Assembly (NCBI GenBank): GCA_002269645.1
Contig: NIVC01001834.1
Span: 168,432 to 232,431, forward strand
Direction: 5' to 3'
DNA from: Macrostomum lignano
Lineage: Eukaryota
DNA length: 64,000 nt
Part shown: one piece after another, positions 61,539-64,000 of the stretch
How positions within the stretch are numbered: position 1 is the first letter of the stretch
Layout of the letters: each line of letters starts with the position of its first letter
Made by a program: the position numbers and the translations under genes
The notes under the pieces: model-generated
What the model was told of the DNA's origin: nothing
What the model saw: only the letters and a program-made list of their open reading frames with translations
Database searches by the model: none

Positions 61539-63565
61539 ATGATGGCTGAGATGCCGCCGGAATCGAATCTCGATCAGAAGCAGGCCAAGAAGCAGCCTCA
61601 GCAGCAGCAGCAGCAGCAGCAACAGCTTCTGCTGCAGGGACGACTTTTTCGATTGTTACGCAATGATGGAGTGCAGATTCTGCTGCCAGTAATGCTGGAC
61701 AGGGTGCCGCAGCACATCGCTGTGCGGTGAGGCCGTGCAGTGATTCTAGCATCTCCCACACTCTCCCATCTCCCCACTCTCCCATCTCCCCACTCTCCAT
61801 CTCCCCACTCTCCCATCTCCCCACTCTCCCATCTCCCCACTCTCCCATCTCCCACTCTCCCATCTCCCCACTCTCCCATCTCCCACTCTCCATCTCCCCA
61901 CTCTCCCATCTCCCCATCTCCCATCTCCCCACTCTCCCATCTACCCACTCTCCCATCTCCCCACTCTCCCATCTCCCACTCTCCCATCTCCTCACTCTCC
62001 CATCTCCCCACTCTCCCATCTCCCCACTCTCCCATCTCCTCACTCTCCCATCTCCCCACTCTCCATCTCCCCACTCTCCATCTCCCCACTCTCCCATCTC
62101 CCCACTCTCCATCTCCCCACTCTCCGATCTCCCACTCTCCCATCTCCCCACTCTCCGATCTCCCCACTCTCCCATCCCCACTCTCCGATCTCCCCACTCT
62201 CCCATCTCCCACTCTCCCATCTCCCACTCTCCCATCTCCCCACTCTCCCATCTCCCCACTCTCCGATCTCCCACTCTCCATCTCCCCACTCTCCCATCTC
62301 CCTTCTCTCCCATCTTCCTTCTTTCCCATCTCATTCTCTCGCATCTCTATTCTCTCCCATCTCCCATCTCTCCTCACTCTCCCATCTCCCTTCTCTCCCA
62401 TCTCCTTTCTCTCCCATCTTTCTCTCCCATCTCTATTCTCTACCATCTCCCTTCTCTCCCATCTCTATTCTCTACCATCTCCCTTCTCTTCCATCTCTAT
62501 TCTCTCCCATCTCCCTTCTCTCCCATCTCCTTTCTCCCATCTCCCTTCTCTCCCATCTCCCTTCTCTCCCATCTCTATTCTCTACCATCTCCCTTCTCTT
62601 CCATCTCTATTCTCTCCCATCTCCTTCTCTCCCATCTCCCTTCTCTCCCATCTCCCTTCTCTCCCATCTCCCTTCTCTCCCATCTCCCTTCTCTCCCACT
62701 CTCCTCATTCTCTCCCATCTCCCCTTCTCTAACATCTCCACTCTTCTCCCATCTCCCCTTCTCTCCTATCTCTCTTCTCTCCATATCTCTTCTTTCCTAT
62801 CTCTCTTCTTTCCCATCTTCCTTCTTTCCCATCTCATTCTCTCGCATCTCTATTCTCTCCCATCTCCCTTCTCTCCATCTCTCTTCTCTCCCATCTCTCT
62901 TTTCTCCCATCTCTATTCTCTCCCATCTCCCTTCTCTCCGCACTCTCCCATCTTCCTTCTTTCCCATCTCATTCTCTCCCATCTCCCCTTCTCTAACATC
63001 TCCACTTTTCTCCCATCTCCCTTCTCTCCTATCTCAATTCTCTCCCATTTTCTCACATCCTCCCAAATGAATCCTGAGTTCAACATCGCACCCAAAATCC
63101 CCAATCAACTGCAGCCGCCTCGGCCCCTGGCAGGTGCCCTGCCTGCAGGTGATCACCGACGCGTCACCGGCGCTGCAATTCGGCGACCTCATACTGGAGT
63201 GGTGCGGAGTCAGTGCCTGGACAGGGGCAGACAACTATCACGAGTTTCTCACCCGGCTCGTGTCGGCCGGTCACAAGGCTCTGGCCGGCGGTCGCCAGCT
63301 GCCCGTCGTGGTGCTCCGCTGGCAGCCGGGGCCGCTGCACGAACTCGCTGACCGGCTGCTGATGGACGGTGCCGAACGGCAGGTCGACGCGCTCAGCTTC
63401 CGGTTGGACAGCCTGGCAGAGCGACGTGGCGGCGGCGGTGGCGGCGGCGGCATTGACGGAAGATTGAGGCGTCCGGACGGCTCCCGCGGCACTGGCGTCG
63501 GACCCTGCGGCCTTCAGGTTGAAGCCGACGACGTTGATGACCGAGGCAGGCGATACCCGAGATGA
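61539..63565 (+). CDS. Small protein with poly-Gln and a probable divergent PDZ domain; exons 61539-61726 and 63115-63565, ~212 aa
   Basis: Donor GTGAGG at 61727 and acceptor CTGCAG at 63114 are phase-2 compatible. The spliced segment LQVITDASPALQFGDLILEWCGVS resembles the PDZ SPA..LQxGDxILEVNG motif. Start codon and 3' end are uncertain. Confidence 0.55.
61750..63060. repeat. Pyrimidine-rich minisatellite (CTCCCATCTCCCCACT grading into CTCCCATCTCCCTTCT)
   Basis: Fills intron 61727-63114. Confidence 0.95.
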
Positions 63566-63616
63566 CTCGGTGGCTGATGAGGTTAGAAGTGTTTGCGGTT
63601 CTTTTAAACTGGAATC

Positions 63617-63845
63617 GTGATGTCCGGAATGATTTGTGTCTGGAAATGTGATGTCCGGAATGATTTGTGTCTGGAAGTGTGATGTCCGGAATGATTTGTG
63701 TCTGGAAATGTGATGTCCGAAATGATTTGTGTCTGGAAGTGTGATGTCCGGAATGATTTGTGTCTGGAAATGTGATGTCCGAAATGATTTGTGTCTGGAA
63801 GTGTGATGTCGAATGATTTGTGTCTGGAAATGTGATGTCGAAATG
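63617..63845. repeat. 31-bp minisatellite (GTGATGTCCGGAATGATTTGTGTCTGGAA[A/G]T) with strict A/G alternation (62-bp dimer)
   Basis: About 7 copies alternating GGAAAT and GGAAGT. Confidence 0.92.
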
Positions 63846-63856
63846 ATTCCGGTAAG

Positions 63857-64000
63857 TATCGGGTATCGAGTATCGGGAATCGGGTATCGGGAATCGGGTA
63901 TCGGTATCGGGTATCGAGATTGAGTATCAGGTATCGGGAATCGGGTATCGGGTATCGGTATGGGTATCGGTATCGAGTATCGGGAATCGGGAATCGGGTA
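63857..64000. repeat. TATCGGG/AATCGGG short repeat running off the window end
   Basis: Read directly; begins immediately after GTAAGT at 63852. Confidence 0.88.

Noticed and set aside
61483-63104. ORFs of 282-447 aa over the CT-rich array
   Set aside because: Satellite artefacts inside the inferred intron.
63617-64000. Telomeric repeat or box C/D snoRNA at the window end
   Set aside because: The units are TATCGGG/AATCGGG, not TTAGGG, and the TGATG motifs lack a matching CTGA box and terminal stem.

Overview
Eukaryotic (metazoan) genomic DNA, not prokaryotic. GC-rich spliced exons sit among about 35 different head-to-tail minisatellite arrays. The low-complexity Q/A-rich proteins and this repeat style suggest a free-living flatworm such as Macrostomum; that is an inference, not a database match. 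Six genes can be assembled by hand from GT-AG junctions with consistent phases, all on the + strand: FAM76-like, mitoribosomal mL65/MRPS30-like, ChaC gamma-glutamylcyclotransferase, an orphan single-pass membrane protein, FoxD, and a small probable PDZ protein. Eleven of the 13 inferred introns contain tandem arrays, each intron with its own unit(s). Three of these introns carry exact 7-nt direct repeats at their junctions. Other notable structures are a 175-bp solo-LTR with a 5-bp TSD inside a satellite, a MITE-like element, inverted pairs of related arrays, and an array that multiplies an ARE/AP-1 motif. No rRNA, tRNA or CRISPR array could be supported. All homology calls are from memory of the families, and repeat boundaries and copy numbers are approximate.
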